From the IMG/VR virus record IMGVR_UViG_2974736276_000001, positions 1 to 64,000 of that record: a stretch of 64,000 nt of DNA, one strand, 5' to 3'. Position 1 is the stretch's first letter; each line of letters opens with the position of its first letter. The DNA comes from a virus (Duplodnaviria > Caudoviricetes). The translations under genes and the position numbers were made by a program. The notes under the pieces are model-generated. The model was given only the letters and a program-made list of their open reading frames with translations, searched no databases and was not told where the DNA came from. Shown one piece after another: positions 1-10,099 of this stretch.

Positions 1-17
1 CCTCCGTAGTTGAGAAA

Positions 18-2132
18 TTAGTTCAGAAGCTTTTTAATATCATCGACCATTTCGTCTTTGATAGAATAGCAGTTATTCAATACGTATGATACAGTTGGGT
101 GTTTTTCTTCAAACTTCTTCAAAATATCAGTAGCATCTTTATCTGCACTACGACGAAGATCTGTGACAATTTTATTCACTACACGCATATCATCTTTATC
201 ATTAACAGACCAACCGAAACAGTCTTGAATACTATTCAGTAACTGCGCTTTATTGGAAGTCTTACCAGATGCGGTGAAATAATCTAAGATAAATTTTAAA
301 TTATTTTCTCGCTTGCAAACATTAATCATTCGTGAACCGTATTGAGGAGAACCCACGTACTGATCATAATCAACTTCATCGACAAGCTTAATAGATTTTT
401 CACGAATTTCATCAAGTAAAGATTCTACAACATCATATTTTACCAGACGATCAACTACAGTAGAACGAACAACATGGAATTCTTTAATCTTAAATGCTCG
501 GCATAGTGCATAAAGATTGTATTCATTCAAACCGTTAGCCAATTTCTGACTAGGGAAATCATGGAACTCATCACGCTTACGAAGAATAGTCAATCCTTCG
601 AGCTCTTTAAGTTCATCGGATGTCATTCGGAAACTTTCAACATCATGATAACCATTAGGACCTAATTTGTAGGTCTGAACGTTTGGAGAAGCTGGACGCT
701 TTTCTTTAGGACCAGAATCTGCAACTGGAACATTCGCAATGATATCATCACACTCAGATACTCGCAGAACATTCACTGTATCTTTATCAAACAATTTCTT
801 AACTAATTCAAACGCTTCCATCTGTTCTTCATCATCTTCACGATAAACAACGATACGACCACGAAGAGTTTGTTTAGACTGATACGCTAGACCGCGAATA
901 ACCTTAACACGTTTAGATGGTTTATCATCAATCAGAATATTGACAGTATCGACATCATATTTGAACAATGAATCTAAACTATAACCCTGGAATCGACCAT
1001 AAGCACCACGATTAGGCTTAATACGTTTCATCTTGGTGTCAATAGCAATATCATATACTACACCGACGTCTTCAAGTTGAGCTGGAACTTGATACTGAGT
1101 TTCATATGCACGAGCACGATCTCTGACGCTAGTAGACGAAGACAAAATGATATTACGTGCTTCATAACTCAAACGATCTAATTCACGAAGGAATTCACGG
1201 CCATTGTCGATAGCTTCAATTCGCTTGACAGTATCAGCCATCGCAATTTTAGAAAGTGTATTAACGCGTTCAATAATATTAGCGATAGTGCTTTCGTCCA
1301 GTGAAAGCTCTTCACGAGAAGCTGCGATGTCGAGTTCACCGAGTTCAAAGTGAATATAAACTGCTGAATGACTAATACGCATCCAAGGTTTCTGGAGACC
1401 GGGAATATCATTCAATGGATAAACGATATTACCATAGACAGCATACAGACCTGAACCTTCATCACTATTTGCGGTGAACCATTCACTATTATTTCCTTCA
1501 CGCACTGGGAAATAAGTAGGAGGAGTACAACCCTTAATAACATGTGGCCAAGTGTTAAAGGTACGCAGTACATAGCGAATTTCTTGCTGCCAACGTTGAA
1601 TGTCTGGCTGCTTAACTGGAACAGTGATTTCAATACCAGTCTTTTCGCCTTCTTTCATCTCTTCTTCGAATACTTTACGAAGAGCAGGTTCACCACCATC
1701 AAGCATAGCAGTAAATCCACGAACCATTCCATCGTTATAAGAAACGACTGTGAATGTATCAGTGTAACTGAATGGAGATTTTGAACCCAGACCTAAAGCA
1801 CCAATGAAATCATTGCTGTTAGATTTAGTAGAAGCAAAATAGGTGCTGTACAGATTAACGATATCGTCTTCATTAAGACCTGGACCAAAGTCACGAATAA
1901 CAAATCGTGGGTCAAGTTGAGTAGGTGCTTTAATTTCAAATGGATCTTTAGAACCATTAAGCTTGTGAGCATCTACCACGTTACATGTCAATTCACGAAC
2001 AACTGCACGAATTTTGTTCTTATAAAGACCAGAACTCAGGATTTTAAATGCCTTTGACGATGCTGCGATTTTAAACTTGCTAGTAGAACCAGAATTACCC
2101 AGGATTACTTCATTATCTTCAACTAATTTCAT
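18..2132 (-). CDS. rIIA: RIIA protein (N-terminal GHKL/HATPase-like domain)
   Basis: 704 aa; N-terminus KAFKILSSGLYKNKIRAVVREL, DFGPG and IGALGLGSKSPFSYTDTF are typical of T4 RIIA. Confidence 0.95.
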   Translation of the reverse strand: MKLVEDNEVILGNSGSTSKFKIAASSKAFKILSSGLYKNKIRAVVRELTCNVVDAHKLNGSKDPFEIKAPTQLDPRFVIRDFGPGLNEDDIVNLYSTYFASTKSNSNDFIGALGLGSKSPFSYTDTFTVVSYNDGMVRGFTAMLDGGEPALRKVFEEEMKEGEKTGIEITVPVKQPDIQRWQQEIRYVLRTFNTWPHVIKGCTPPTYFPVREGNNSEWFTANSDEGSGLYAVYGNIVYPLNDIPGLQKPWMRISHSAVYIHFELGELDIAASREELSLDESTIANIIERVNTLSKIAMADTVKRIEAIDNGREFLRELDRLSYEARNIILSSSTSVRDRARAYETQYQVPAQLEDVGVVYDIAIDTKMKRIKPNRGAYGRFQGYSLDSLFKYDVDTVNILIDDKPSKRVKVIRGLAYQSKQTLRGRIVVYREDDEEQMEAFELVKKLFDKDTVNVLRVSECDDIIANVPVADSGPKEKRPASPNVQTYKLGPNGYHDVESFRMTSDELKELEGLTILRKRDEFHDFPSQKLANGLNEYNLYALCRAFKIKEFHVVRSTVVDRLVKYDVVESLLDEIREKSIKLVDEVDYDQYVGSPQYGSRMINVCKRENNLKFILDYFTASGKTSNKAQLLNSIQDCFGWSVNDKDDMRVVNKIVTDLRRSADKDATDILKKFEEKHPTVSYVLNNCYSIKDEMVDDIKKLLN

Positions 2133-2140
2133 AATATGCC

Positions 2141-2407
2141 TTACACAGTTTTGTTCAGGATTTCAAGATGACAAAAATCTTCATCACTCAATTTGTATTT
2201 GAATTTTAATTTACTTCTAATTTCTGCATAGATCTTTTTGGAATAATTTAAATCTTCGACTGTTGCGCCATTAAGACGGTCGAAATTGAGAAGACGTTCG
2301 ACTTTATAATCGAAGACATTGAGTGGAGCATTTTTAGTAGGAGTAAAGACCATAATATTTTCCTCAGTAGAAAGTGGAGCTATAATAACATAGCTCCATA
2401 CAAGCAA
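2141..2407 (-). CDS. hypothetical protein (rIIA.1 position); real start probably the ATG at 2353
   Basis: ORF track; GAGGA SD precedes the internal ATG (MVFTPTK). Confidence 0.6.
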   Translation of the reverse strand: MLVWSYVIIAPLSTEENIMVFTPTKNAPLNVFDYKVERLLNFDRLNGATVEDLNYSKKIYAEIRSKLKFKYKLSDEDFCHLEILNKTV

Positions 2408-2409
2408 TT
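2375..2409 (-). promoter_or_regulatory. MotA-dependent middle promoter
   Basis: ATTGCTTGT-12 nt-TATTAT on the - strand; the -10 sits inside a 9-bp inverted repeat. Confidence 0.6.
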
Positions 2410-2578
2410 AATTACCGTCCCAGACTTTAGACACATTCCCTGTTACTTGATGTGGCCTAGTTGCAGGAGGTACTTGAACCCAGATAGTGACACGATCGAA
2501 AGGAAGAGGTTTCTTTTCTGCATACATGTAACCATACTGATCATCAGTCAGAGTAATCCACCAACGTTGAGCTGCCAT
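2408..2578 (-). CDS. small hypothetical protein (56 aa, MAAQRWWITL...)
   Basis: translated by hand; AAGGA SD; fills the gap between genes. Confidence 0.6.
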   Translation of the reverse strand: MAAQRWWITLTDDQYGYMYAEKKPLPFDRVTIWVQVPPATRPHQVTGNVSKVWDGN

Positions 2579-2621
2579 TTTGATTTCCTTATATAGAGGG
2601 CAATATCACCCTCTATATTTA

Positions 2622-4463
2622 TTAGGCCATCATCCACTCTTTACGCAGTGAAGCATCATCACCGAAAAGCATTTCAAACTTTTCTTTCCAACCATCATTC
2701 AGACGAACAACATCAGCATTTGGCTCGTTAATAACTTTTTCATATTCATCACGACTCAATGAACCAAGACCTTTGATATAACGAATATCATATTTCTTGA
2801 GTTCTTCTCGCCGTTCATCATATGAATTCAGATCGTAGAACCATTCCTGTTTATCACCTTTAGTGGCAATAATAACTGGAGTTTTGATGAAGCGAATACG
2901 ACCTTGTTCAAACAGTTCAGGCCATTGGCTAAAGAAACCTAATAGACTTGGATAGATCGAACCAGTTCCATCAACATCAGCATCAGTCATAATGCAAATA
3001 TTCGTGTAGTTCAAGTTCTCTGCCTTTTCACCGATAACTAATCCAGTAATTGCACAAATATCAAAGGCTTCTTTGTTCTTGAGAATGTCTACACTCTTCA
3101 TTCCCCAGGTATTCTTAAACTTACCACGAAGTGGATAGCCGCCATGTAAATCACGATCACGAACTTCAATCAGATAACCGATAGCAGAATCACCTTCCGT
3201 GAGGAAGAGACTAGTCCCGGCAGCTTCATTACCATATTTGTTTGGTTTAATATGTTTAGCTACTTTGGCCTTTGTAGCCTTCTTAGCAGCCTTAGTTTCA
3301 GCTGCTTTCTCAGCCGCAAGTTTACGTGCTAATGCAGCTTCAATGATCGGCATTAATACTTCTTCACTCTTCATTATCTGCTGAGAGATTTTTTTAATGT
3401 CAATATCAATATGAGCTTTAATTTCACCAAATGGCGAAGTCAAACGTTCTTTAGTTTGACCATCGAATCGCATGTTCTTCATATCACGAATAAACATTAC
3501 GATTGTCAAGCATTCTTTAATACGTGCTTGAGTTACTTCAATCTTGTACTTACGCTTAATAGCTGGAATTAATTCGTTACTGACTTCAGTCATTACGAAA
3601 TCAATGTGATGTCCACCATTCTTTGTATGAATGTTATTGACGTATGTCAAGTGACGGAATCCGTCTGGACTACGACAAATAGCAATAGAACAAGTATCTG
3701 AATCCGCGATAATAGCAGCTTCATCAAATTGTTTAGCATACTTCTTAAAGATGCCTTGGACTTTCTTATTCTGGAACTTGAACTCAATGTCAGGATAAAC
3801 TACTGCAAGAGTTTGAAGACGATCATTGATGATCTGCAGATCTACATCAGTCAATCCATCAGTTTCAAAATGAGAGAAATCTGGAATAAAGGAAACGATT
3901 GTTCCAGTTTTAGTTTCAACATGAGATTTTTTACTAGAAGGAACTACATCCCAACTAATATTTTCTGCACCATTTGAACAACGAACAATAATTTCATTAT
4001 TACCATCACATGTAGCACCAGCGAAGGTTGTGCTAAAGAAGTTAGTCAAAGCTGAACCAACACCATTCATACCGCCAGTTTTACGTTCAGCATCATCACC
4101 GAAGTTACCACCGGCGCGAGGTAATGTCCATGCGGCTACAGGGCCTGGCAAAGTTTTACCATCAGGAGTAACAACTTCACCTTGAGGAAGACCTCGACCA
4201 TTATCTGTGACGATAACTTTATTGCCTTTTACCTCAACCGAGATTTTATTCGCGAACTTAAAGTTAGTACGAATAGCTTCATCAACTGAGTTATCGATGA
4301 TTTCATCGATGATTTTAATCACACCCGGAACATAAGTAATCGATTTGAATTCACCGAACACGAAACGTTCATGAGCTTCATTGGCCGAAGAACCGATGTA
4401 CATTCCTGAACGCTTGATGATATGCTCGCGATCAGATAAAATCTTAATTTCATTGTCAATCAT
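2622..4463 (-). CDS. 39: DNA topoisomerase II large subunit (uninterrupted gp39+gp60)
   Basis: GHKL motifs EIIDNSVDE, DNGRG, GGMNGVG plus TOPRIM EGDSA, PLRGK, MTDADVDG and YIKGLGS in one 613-aa ORF. Confidence 0.96.
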   Translation of the reverse strand: MIDNEIKILSDREHIIKRSGMYIGSSANEAHERFVFGEFKSITYVPGVIKIIDEIIDNSVDEAIRTNFKFANKISVEVKGNKVIVTDNGRGLPQGEVVTPDGKTLPGPVAAWTLPRAGGNFGDDAERKTGGMNGVGSALTNFFSTTFAGATCDGNNEIIVRCSNGAENISWDVVPSSKKSHVETKTGTIVSFIPDFSHFETDGLTDVDLQIINDRLQTLAVVYPDIEFKFQNKKVQGIFKKYAKQFDEAAIIADSDTCSIAICRSPDGFRHLTYVNNIHTKNGGHHIDFVMTEVSNELIPAIKRKYKIEVTQARIKECLTIVMFIRDMKNMRFDGQTKERLTSPFGEIKAHIDIDIKKISQQIMKSEEVLMPIIEAALARKLAAEKAAETKAAKKATKAKVAKHIKPNKYGNEAAGTSLFLTEGDSAIGYLIEVRDRDLHGGYPLRGKFKNTWGMKSVDILKNKEAFDICAITGLVIGEKAENLNYTNICIMTDADVDGTGSIYPSLLGFFSQWPELFEQGRIRFIKTPVIIATKGDKQEWFYDLNSYDERREELKKYDIRYIKGLGSLSRDEYEKVINEPNADVVRLNDGWKEKFEMLFGDDASLRKEWMMA

Positions 4464-4490
4464 TGCTTTTCCTCATATATCCGAGTTGAT

Positions 4491-4517
4491 ATATTACTCC
4501 ATTTGATCTAAAGCAAA
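4491..4517 (-). promoter_or_regulatory. MotA-dependent middle promoter of gene 39
   Basis: TTTGCTTTA-12 nt-TAATAT. Confidence 0.75.
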
Positions 4518-4533
4518 AAGGCCTTGCGGCCTT
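4515..4533 (-). terminator. Rho-independent terminator
   Basis: AAGGCC-GCAA-GGCCTT followed by a T-run. Confidence 0.75.
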
Positions 4534-4536
4534 TAA

Positions 4537-4986
4537 TTATTTTTGAACTGAAATAGCAAACCGCAGAATATCCAGAAGATTCTCGTCTTCTTTAGTGAAC
4601 GGGCGCTCGGAGCGATATTCACGCAGCGATTTAACTGCTTTATCGAAAGCTTCAAGATTGCTCAAATTTTGAGTGCTAGAATCTTTGACAAAGTACTTAC
4701 GTTCTTCTGGGTTAATGCATACCTGTACAGAATCACCCCCTTTGCCGGTGCACATAATATGTTCGCCATTTGAATAAAACGCATCTAAATGATCATGTTC
4801 ATATGCGTTTAATCCATCTTCTTTCAGATAAAATCCTTCGTCCAAGGCTTTAGCCATAAATGGATTTTGAACATGATTTTTAATAAATTCAGTGCGCGAT
4901 AAGGCGTCTTTAAAAACGTATTTCACATTTGTGTTGATCATTATTTTCTCACTTAGGTAAAGAGTCGTAGAATCCACCATGAACAA
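4537..4986 (-). CDS. GoF/ComC-alpha-like hypothetical protein (start probably MINTNVKY)
   Basis: KYVFKD..SRTEFIKNH..N resembles the GoF N-terminus; position near cef. Confidence 0.45.
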   Translation of the reverse strand: MFMVDSTTLYLSEKIMINTNVKYVFKDALSRTEFIKNHVQNPFMAKALDEGFYLKEDGLNAYEHDHLDAFYSNGEHIMCTGKGGDSVQVCINPEERKYFVKDSSTQNLSNLEAFDKAVKSLREYRSERPFTKEDENLLDILRFAISVQK

Positions 4987-5140
4987 ATCCGGGTGCAGTT
5001 ACGGTTCGTTTAGTAAATCCAACCCAATGACAGTTCTTATTGGGACAGGAAATTTGTTCGTCGCGCTCAGAAATTTTGCGAATTGCTTCAAATTTTTCAC
5101 CGCACTTGCATTCGTAGTTATACACCGGCATTACTAGCAC
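4949..5140 (-). CDS. FmdB-family zinc ribbon (gp39.2-like)
   Basis: MPVYNYECKCG..FE...CP..C motif. Confidence 0.8.
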   Translation of the reverse strand: MLVMPVYNYECKCGEKFEAIRKISERDEQISCPNKNCHWVGFTKRTVTAPGFVHGGFYDSLPK

Positions 5141-5537
5141 CTTTGAATTTCAAAGAAAGGACATGTGCTGCATCAGCTGCAGTCAGAAGTTTCAGTGCTG
5201 CGACGAATGCATCATCTTCAAAAGCAACTTTCAGCGTATCTTTGATTTCTGTCTCAGTGTACGCATAAGGTACATTTGGTTGTTTCAAAGGAACTTCGTC
5301 ATCGACGATTTCTTCGAAGAACTCACGCTCGCCCTCATTCAAAACACGTAGAACTGAATATTTTGAAATTGAACCTTCTTGAATGCGGAATGATCCAGAC
5401 GAAGCTACAACACTAAATCTGTTGCCGAGCTTTTCAATGAAAGCAGCAATTTCGCGGTTAGTAATATAGTTTGCCGTGTTGATGAATCCTTGACGATCAA
5501 CGAGTCGATAAAATTTGCCCGGGATAAAAGTTTCCAT
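5118..5537 (-). CDS. hypothetical early protein (goF position)
   Basis: 139 aa, GKFYRLVD..GF N-terminus; lies between cef and 39.2. Confidence 0.5.
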   Translation of the reverse strand: METFIPGKFYRLVDRQGFINTANYITNREIAAFIEKLGNRFSVVASSGSFRIQEGSISKYSVLRVLNEGEREFFEEIVDDEVPLKQPNVPYAYTETEIKDTLKVAFEDDAFVAALKLLTAADAAHVLSLKFKGASNAGV

Positions 5538-5740
5538 TATTTCACCTTTGAATAAGTTGTGCCCTGAGCAGTGATTTCACGCTCGTAGATAGCAACTGCA
5601 GTTTTATCACCAACTTTGTCGAAAACGTAAAGAGTAGTGATATGCCATTCTTTACCGTGAGTGTGTTCTTTCTGAACAACTACCAGAGATGGATCGAACT
5701 GGATGTCTTCGAATTGGTCTTGAGTGATTGAGTTTTTCAT
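5537..5740 (-). CDS. cef: Cef, modifier of suppressor tRNAs
   Basis: FEDIQFDPSLVVVQKEHT...YVFDKVGDK...REIT..GTTY matches T4 Cef. Confidence 0.9.
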   Translation of the reverse strand: MKNSITQDQFEDIQFDPSLVVVQKEHTHGKEWHITTLYVFDKVGDKTAVAIYEREITAQGTTYSKVK

Positions 5741-5769
5741 TTTTGAATCTCCATTTGTTTGGGTATGTA

Positions 5770-5812
5770 GCTATAATACTACAACGTTTTAGATCTGTAC
5801 ACAACTTTTTTC
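5770..5812 (-). promoter_or_regulatory. early promoter
   Basis: A-tract UP element, GTGTAC (-35), TATTAT (-10). Confidence 0.75.
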
Positions 5813-5821
5813 AACTAAATG

Positions 5822-5843
5822 AAAAAGGCCCGAAGGCCTTTTG
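5822..5843 (-). terminator. Rho-independent terminator (UUCG loop)
   Basis: AAAGGCC-TTCG-GGCCTTTTT. Confidence 0.8.
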
Positions 5844-6290
5844 TTATGCTAATCCACGCGCACGGGAATCTGACAACCGAAGTTTTTCTGCATCAACTAC
5901 TGCATACTGACCTTGGAATACAACGTTCGCAACGATAGTGTCATAGTCTTCATAAACTAAGGTCACTAAAACTTGTTTTGTAGTTGGCATACTGGTCAAT
6001 GTCATACGTTCTTCATATAAGTTCTGAGGGATACTATGCTCATAGATTTTAACACCTGTTGTGCAGAACACCCACTTGCCTTCAAAATTGTATAAACGGC
6101 TTTTATCTGCAACAGATACAGGCTCAGACACAAATTTTTCTTTGATCTGAATAGTGATCGGAGTGCTGCTTGACCTGATGATGTATGAACGACCATCACG
6201 AGCAGAGTTACGAACAGCTTCAATTTTACCTACAGTTCCTTTATAGAAACCACCAGTAATTTCTACCTTTGAACCGATTTTAATAGTCAT
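5844..6290 (-). CDS. motB: MotB-like protein (KOW/OB-type)
   Basis: IKIGSKVEITGG KOW-like start; C-terminal NVVFQGQYAVV resembles MotB NVVFLGTYKVI; synteny. Confidence 0.6.
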   Translation of the reverse strand: MTIKIGSKVEITGGFYKGTVGKIEAVRNSARDGRSYIIRSSSTPITIQIKEKFVSEPVSVADKSRLYNFEGKWVFCTTGVKIYEHSIPQNLYEERMTLTSMPTTKQVLVTLVYEDYDTIVANVVFQGQYAVVDAEKLRLSDSRARGLA

Positions 6291-6291
6291 A

Positions 6292-6462
6292 TTATTCACC
6301 TTTATTTTCTTCAATTAAAAATTCTGGAACGAATTTTTTCAAGTATTCTTTGTGAAGCAACCAGCCTTCATAGGCCAGTGCTTTTGATGCAAACTTAATA
6401 CTTTCATTTGAGAACGTTTGACCGAATTTTTCTTCAAACATTTCTTCGAATTTAGCATTCAT
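6292..6462 (-). CDS. small hypothetical protein (56 aa, MNAKFEEMF...)
   Basis: translated by hand; TAATG coupling to the dexA stop. Confidence 0.55.
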   Translation of the reverse strand: MNAKFEEMFEEKFGQTFSNESIKFASKALAYEGWLLHKEYLKKFVPEFLIEENKGE

Positions 6463-7157
6463 TACTGTCTACCCTTTGGTAAAGAAAGAGGATCGATGTC
6501 ATCTTCTTCTGGAACTTCATCCAGACCAAGCGCATATCGTTGAGCATACTTTAACATCAAAATATCTTTTGCACAATCATGGAGAGAATCATGCGCAATG
6601 AATCCTTTTAATACACCTTGACGCAGTGGAGTCGTAGTCAATCCACGGGTCAAAGATAACGCTTCAATAGCAGTACGAATATCGCGTTGATTCCAGAACT
6701 TGCATGGTTCAGATCTGAATGTATCAATATCTCTTTCTTCGACGCCAGATTCACGCTGAATTTGTGAGATACAGTCAACCAAGATAGGAAAATCGAATGA
6801 CTGTCCACGACACCAACCGAATGAATCCCATTCTTTAACATCATTCTCTTTAAGGAATGATAGGAAATCCTTTACACCTTCAACAACCGTGACATCAGAG
6901 TCACTTGGTTTCAAGTTCAATCGAGCTTCTGCGCTCTGTTTCTTCCACCATTCCATAGTTGATGTATTGAAAACGCGTACACCTTTCTGAGAACGAAGAT
7001 CAAATTTCCAGCGTTTACCGCGGGAAATCAATTCATCGAGTGTTTCAACTACATTCGGGTCTGGATTAAAGCATACTACCGAAAGATCGATGACTGCTGC
7101 TGAACTTTGATTACCGAAGGTTTCAAAGTCAATAATAAAATCTCTCATTATAACCAT
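6462..7157 (-). CDS. dexA: exonuclease A (DEDDh)
   Basis: MRDFIIDFETFGN, RGQSFDFPIL, HDSLHDCAKD. Confidence 0.93.
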   Translation of the reverse strand: MVIMRDFIIDFETFGNQSSAAVIDLSVVCFNPDPNVVETLDELISRGKRWKFDLRSQKGVRVFNTSTMEWWKKQSAEARLNLKPSDSDVTVVEGVKDFLSFLKENDVKEWDSFGWCRGQSFDFPILVDCISQIQRESGVEERDIDTFRSEPCKFWNQRDIRTAIEALSLTRGLTTTPLRQGVLKGFIAHDSLHDCAKDILMLKYAQRYALGLDEVPEEDDIDPLSLPKGRQ

Positions 7158-7408
7158 CCAACAATTTTAGATAAAAGATCTGTGAGGTCTTTTCCGATAT
7201 AAACATCATGATCGTCTTGAGTAAAGAAAGCGATAGAACCATGAGATTCCATCAGCTCTCTCAAAATAGCCATAGCAGAAGACGTTGTTTCAATAATACA
7301 CCTTTCTTCATAGGAGCAATTACGTGCAGGAATTTTTTCCATGAATACTCTGAATTCTGAAAGGCGTGTATAGATTTCAATCAGCTGATCTACAGAGACT
7401 TTAATCAT
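7148..7408 (-). CDS. hypothetical protein (dexA.1-like)
   Basis: ORF and synteny; paralog of the next gene. Confidence 0.6.
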   Translation of the reverse strand: MIKVSVDQLIEIYTRLSEFRVFMEKIPARNCSYEERCIIETTSSAMAILRELMESHGSIAFFTQDDHDVYIGKDLTDLLSKIVGWL

Positions 7409-7638
7409 ACTCTACTCTTGATATCATTCAGCAGGTCAATTAAACTATCATCAAGAACAATTCGTGGATTTGCCCCAGTGAAATATCCAATAGACTTATG
7501 GCCATTTAGTTGTAGTTCTATAGAAGATAAAGCACCGCGAACTAAACCGCTAGTGTATATCGATAGACTAGACGAATCTTCGATGCTTTTAATTTCATCA
7601 TAGAGAGTTTGAAGCTCATCAATATCAATGATTAACAT
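7405..7638 (-). CDS. hypothetical protein (dexA.1/2-like)
   Basis: ORF and synteny. Confidence 0.6.
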   Translation of the reverse strand: MLIIDIDELQTLYDEIKSIEDSSSLSIYTSGLVRGALSSIELQLNGHKSIGYFTGANPRIVLDDSLIDLLNDIKSRV

Positions 7639-7646
7639 AGTTCACC

Positions 7647-8978
7647 TTATACATAATGTAAATTAAATCGTGGACGAGTAGCACCAACATAAGTCAATTG
7701 CTTGGCTAAATCGGCATCAGCCTTATGAATGCATGGAGTGTAAAGGAAACAGTTATCTACCGAGATTCCTTGCACTTTATGTATTGTACTACATGGAAGA
7801 GCTTTGACTTTAATGAATGCTCGTTTAGCAGCCCAGAAATCTGCCCAATGTGCTTTGACTGCACCAGACTTATAAGCATCTGCTACTTTAGCCAAAAAGT
7901 AATAGTACTTGTTGATTTCATTTTCATCAGACAATACACAGATCTGTTCTCTGAAGTACTCGTCTTCAGCATCATTAGTCTCTACAACCAAAGACCAATA
8001 ACGAATCATCTGCTCGCCTGATACACCTTTGGCTCGAAGGAACTTGCTAGTTTTTTCAGCCTTAACTACACGAACCATTTGGCCGTTATGGAAAATCATT
8101 TCGCTGAAACGCTTTCCTTCGAACTTAATTTCTTTTGTCAAAGGTTCTTGCATTACTAAAACTTCATTAACTACAAATGGGTCTTCAGTATCATAAATTT
8201 TACGACGAATAATCGAATTCAATTTATTGACAGACTCATTTGTGTAAGCACACATTCTATTTTCAAATAGATCTTCAGGCTTTCTGACTGTATCAAAATA
8301 CTGACCAAAGAAATCCTTCAGAGCACTACCCTTGTTCATATAGCCATGAACACCAGTCCCATCATCACCCAGATTATGATAGAGCCAACCGCCAGTGCGA
8401 ATAGAGGTAGCCACTTCAATAATGGGTGAGTTGCTGCGCTTGATTTCCGAGAGAAATACTTGTTCGAAGCGTGGGTCATAGAAGAATGCACTGATCTGTC
8501 CTTTTCCTTCAGAATTTAATTCGACGGGTCTTAGCTGATCTTTATCGCCAAGAGCAATAACGATACACCAAGAAGGAATTGAATTCATCAGAATATCAAA
8601 CAACTTACGATCGTACATCGAGGCTTCATCACAAATTAATACACGGCATTTTGCTAAATCAGGAATTTCTTTCTGCTCGAACAAAACGTTTTCTTCATAA
8701 GTCGTAGGGTTAATTTTGAGAATACTATGAATGGTTGATGCTTCTACACCAGAAAGCTTAGATAAAACCTTTTTAGCCTGGTGAGTAGGCGCCGCGAGAA
8801 TAACACCAGATTCGCCTGAACGAACTAAGTGATCAATGAAAAAGCGAGTCCAAGTTGTTTTACCTGAACCAGCTGGTCCATTCAAAGTCATGTGCTTTCG
8901 TTTAGAATTAACTAATTCTACTGCAGTTTCGAAAGCACATTTTTGTCCTTCTGTTAAATCGTCAAATCCAATAGTCAT
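7647..8978 (-). CDS. dda: SF1B DNA helicase Dda
   Basis: GPAGSGKTT, AAPTHQA, DEASM, TIHKVQG, YVGATR. Confidence 0.95.
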   Translation of the reverse strand: MTIGFDDLTEGQKCAFETAVELVNSKRKHMTLNGPAGSGKTTWTRFFIDHLVRSGESGVILAAPTHQAKKVLSKLSGVEASTIHSILKINPTTYEENVLFEQKEIPDLAKCRVLICDEASMYDRKLFDILMNSIPSWCIVIALGDKDQLRPVELNSEGKGQISAFFYDPRFEQVFLSEIKRSNSPIIEVATSIRTGGWLYHNLGDDGTGVHGYMNKGSALKDFFGQYFDTVRKPEDLFENRMCAYTNESVNKLNSIIRRKIYDTEDPFVVNEVLVMQEPLTKEIKFEGKRFSEMIFHNGQMVRVVKAEKTSKFLRAKGVSGEQMIRYWSLVVETNDAEDEYFREQICVLSDENEINKYYYFLAKVADAYKSGAVKAHWADFWAAKRAFIKVKALPCSTIHKVQGISVDNCFLYTPCIHKADADLAKQLTYVGATRPRFNLHYV

Positions 8979-9271
8979 ACTACCTTCACTTTCTTAATTC
9001 CAATAGTTGTGTAGATCTGTCTTCCTAGTGCAGCTTCGACTGGAGAAATTTTAGAAGATACATAGTACTCTTCTTTCCACCAAAGCATACCTTTGGTGTG
9101 TTTGACCGGCTCTGGACGCCATTTAGCATAGGCTCGAGCTTTCTGTAATTCAAGATTCTTCTTTGCTACATCTTCTTTAGTATAAAGAAGCACACGAGAA
9201 TCAATCTCATTCAGCAGAACTTCAAAGCCGTCTTTATCTTTATAATATAATGCATAACAAATCATGTTCAC
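8975..9271 (-). CDS. Dda.1-like protein
   Basis: YALYYKDKDGFE...LYT N-terminus; synteny. Confidence 0.7.
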   Translation of the reverse strand: MNMICYALYYKDKDGFEVLLNEIDSRVLLYTKEDVAKKNLELQKARAYAKWRPEPVKHTKGMLWWKEEYYVSSKISPVEAALGRQIYTTIGIKKVKVV

Positions 9272-9274
9272 CTC

Positions 9275-10099
9275 CTAGTAGAGATTATACACTATTTTGG
9301 CTTTCAGCAGTTCAATCCTTGATGAAGTGATAGGAATACCTACACTAACACATGATTTTTCACGAGAGCTAAGACTATCGAACTTTTTGATAGCTGCAAT
9401 AAGAACATCAAGATTGTTCACTTCACTGCGGTATCTTTCAAATTTAGACTGATTGTTTTCAATTGAACTAATGTGCTTTCTGCAATAGTTTTTCATATGT
9501 ACATTAACATTTTCAATCTTTTTGCGCATTGCTGCTATAGAACTTTTAGCACTGTCAATAGCAGTCAAGTATTTTTGAACATTTGTGTCATCTTGATGCT
9601 TTGTCCATTTAGCAATATTCTTTTCGCACTCTTTAATTTTAGTTACATTATTCGCGATATCAGAAGTCCATTTTCTGACTGTATCGAATTTAGCATCAGG
9701 AGTAATCAATGCCTTTTGAATAATAGCTCTATCATCAGTGAAATCTTCATCAACTGATTTTGCAGCTTCATTCATATTAAGTTCAGCTTGCTTGCGTTGG
9801 GCAGTAAGTTGCTCAATAGTTTTAGAGCCACGAAGAGAATTGAACAGATGAGCTACAGGAACCACATTGCCATCGATATATCCCTTGGAGTTATCAAGAC
9901 GCTCAAGAGTCATGTAATCTCCGGACGATTTATCATCGGAAAATTTAACTCCGCTATACGCGCAGTGAGTTTGCTTCATAATGTTGTTAAGGTATAATAG
10001 GGTCAAGGAGAATTCTTTATTACGGCGAGTTGCTGATTCAACAGTAGAGTGTAATCTTTTAACTGCCAGTGCAGTAGAATTATATTTTTTCTTAGACAT
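9275..10099 (-). CDS. srd: Srd, putative anti-sigma factor
   Basis: SATRRNKEFSLT..YL.NIM.QTHCAYSG...TLERLDNSKGYIDGNVVPV; coiled-coil C-terminal half. Confidence 0.85.
   Translation of the reverse strand: MSKKKYNSTALAVKRLHSTVESATRRNKEFSLTLLYLNNIMKQTHCAYSGVKFSDDKSSGDYMTLERLDNSKGYIDGNVVPVAHLFNSLRGSKTIEQLTAQRKQAELNMNEAAKSVDEDFTDDRAIIQKALITPDAKFDTVRKWTSDIANNVTKIKECEKNIAKWTKHQDDTNVQKYLTAIDSAKSSIAAMRKKIENVNVHMKNYCRKHISSIENNQSKFERYRSEVNNLDVLIAAIKKFDSLSSREKSCVSVGIPITSSRIELLKAKIVYNLY

Noticed and set aside
2622-4463. Gene 60 translational bypass or mobA insertion
   Set aside because: The ORF is continuous; fused 39+60 is the common state outside T4.
9275-10099. HNH homing endonuclease
   Set aside because: The CAYSG...TLER.D...GY..GNV motif is the normal N-terminus of Srd at its syntenic site.
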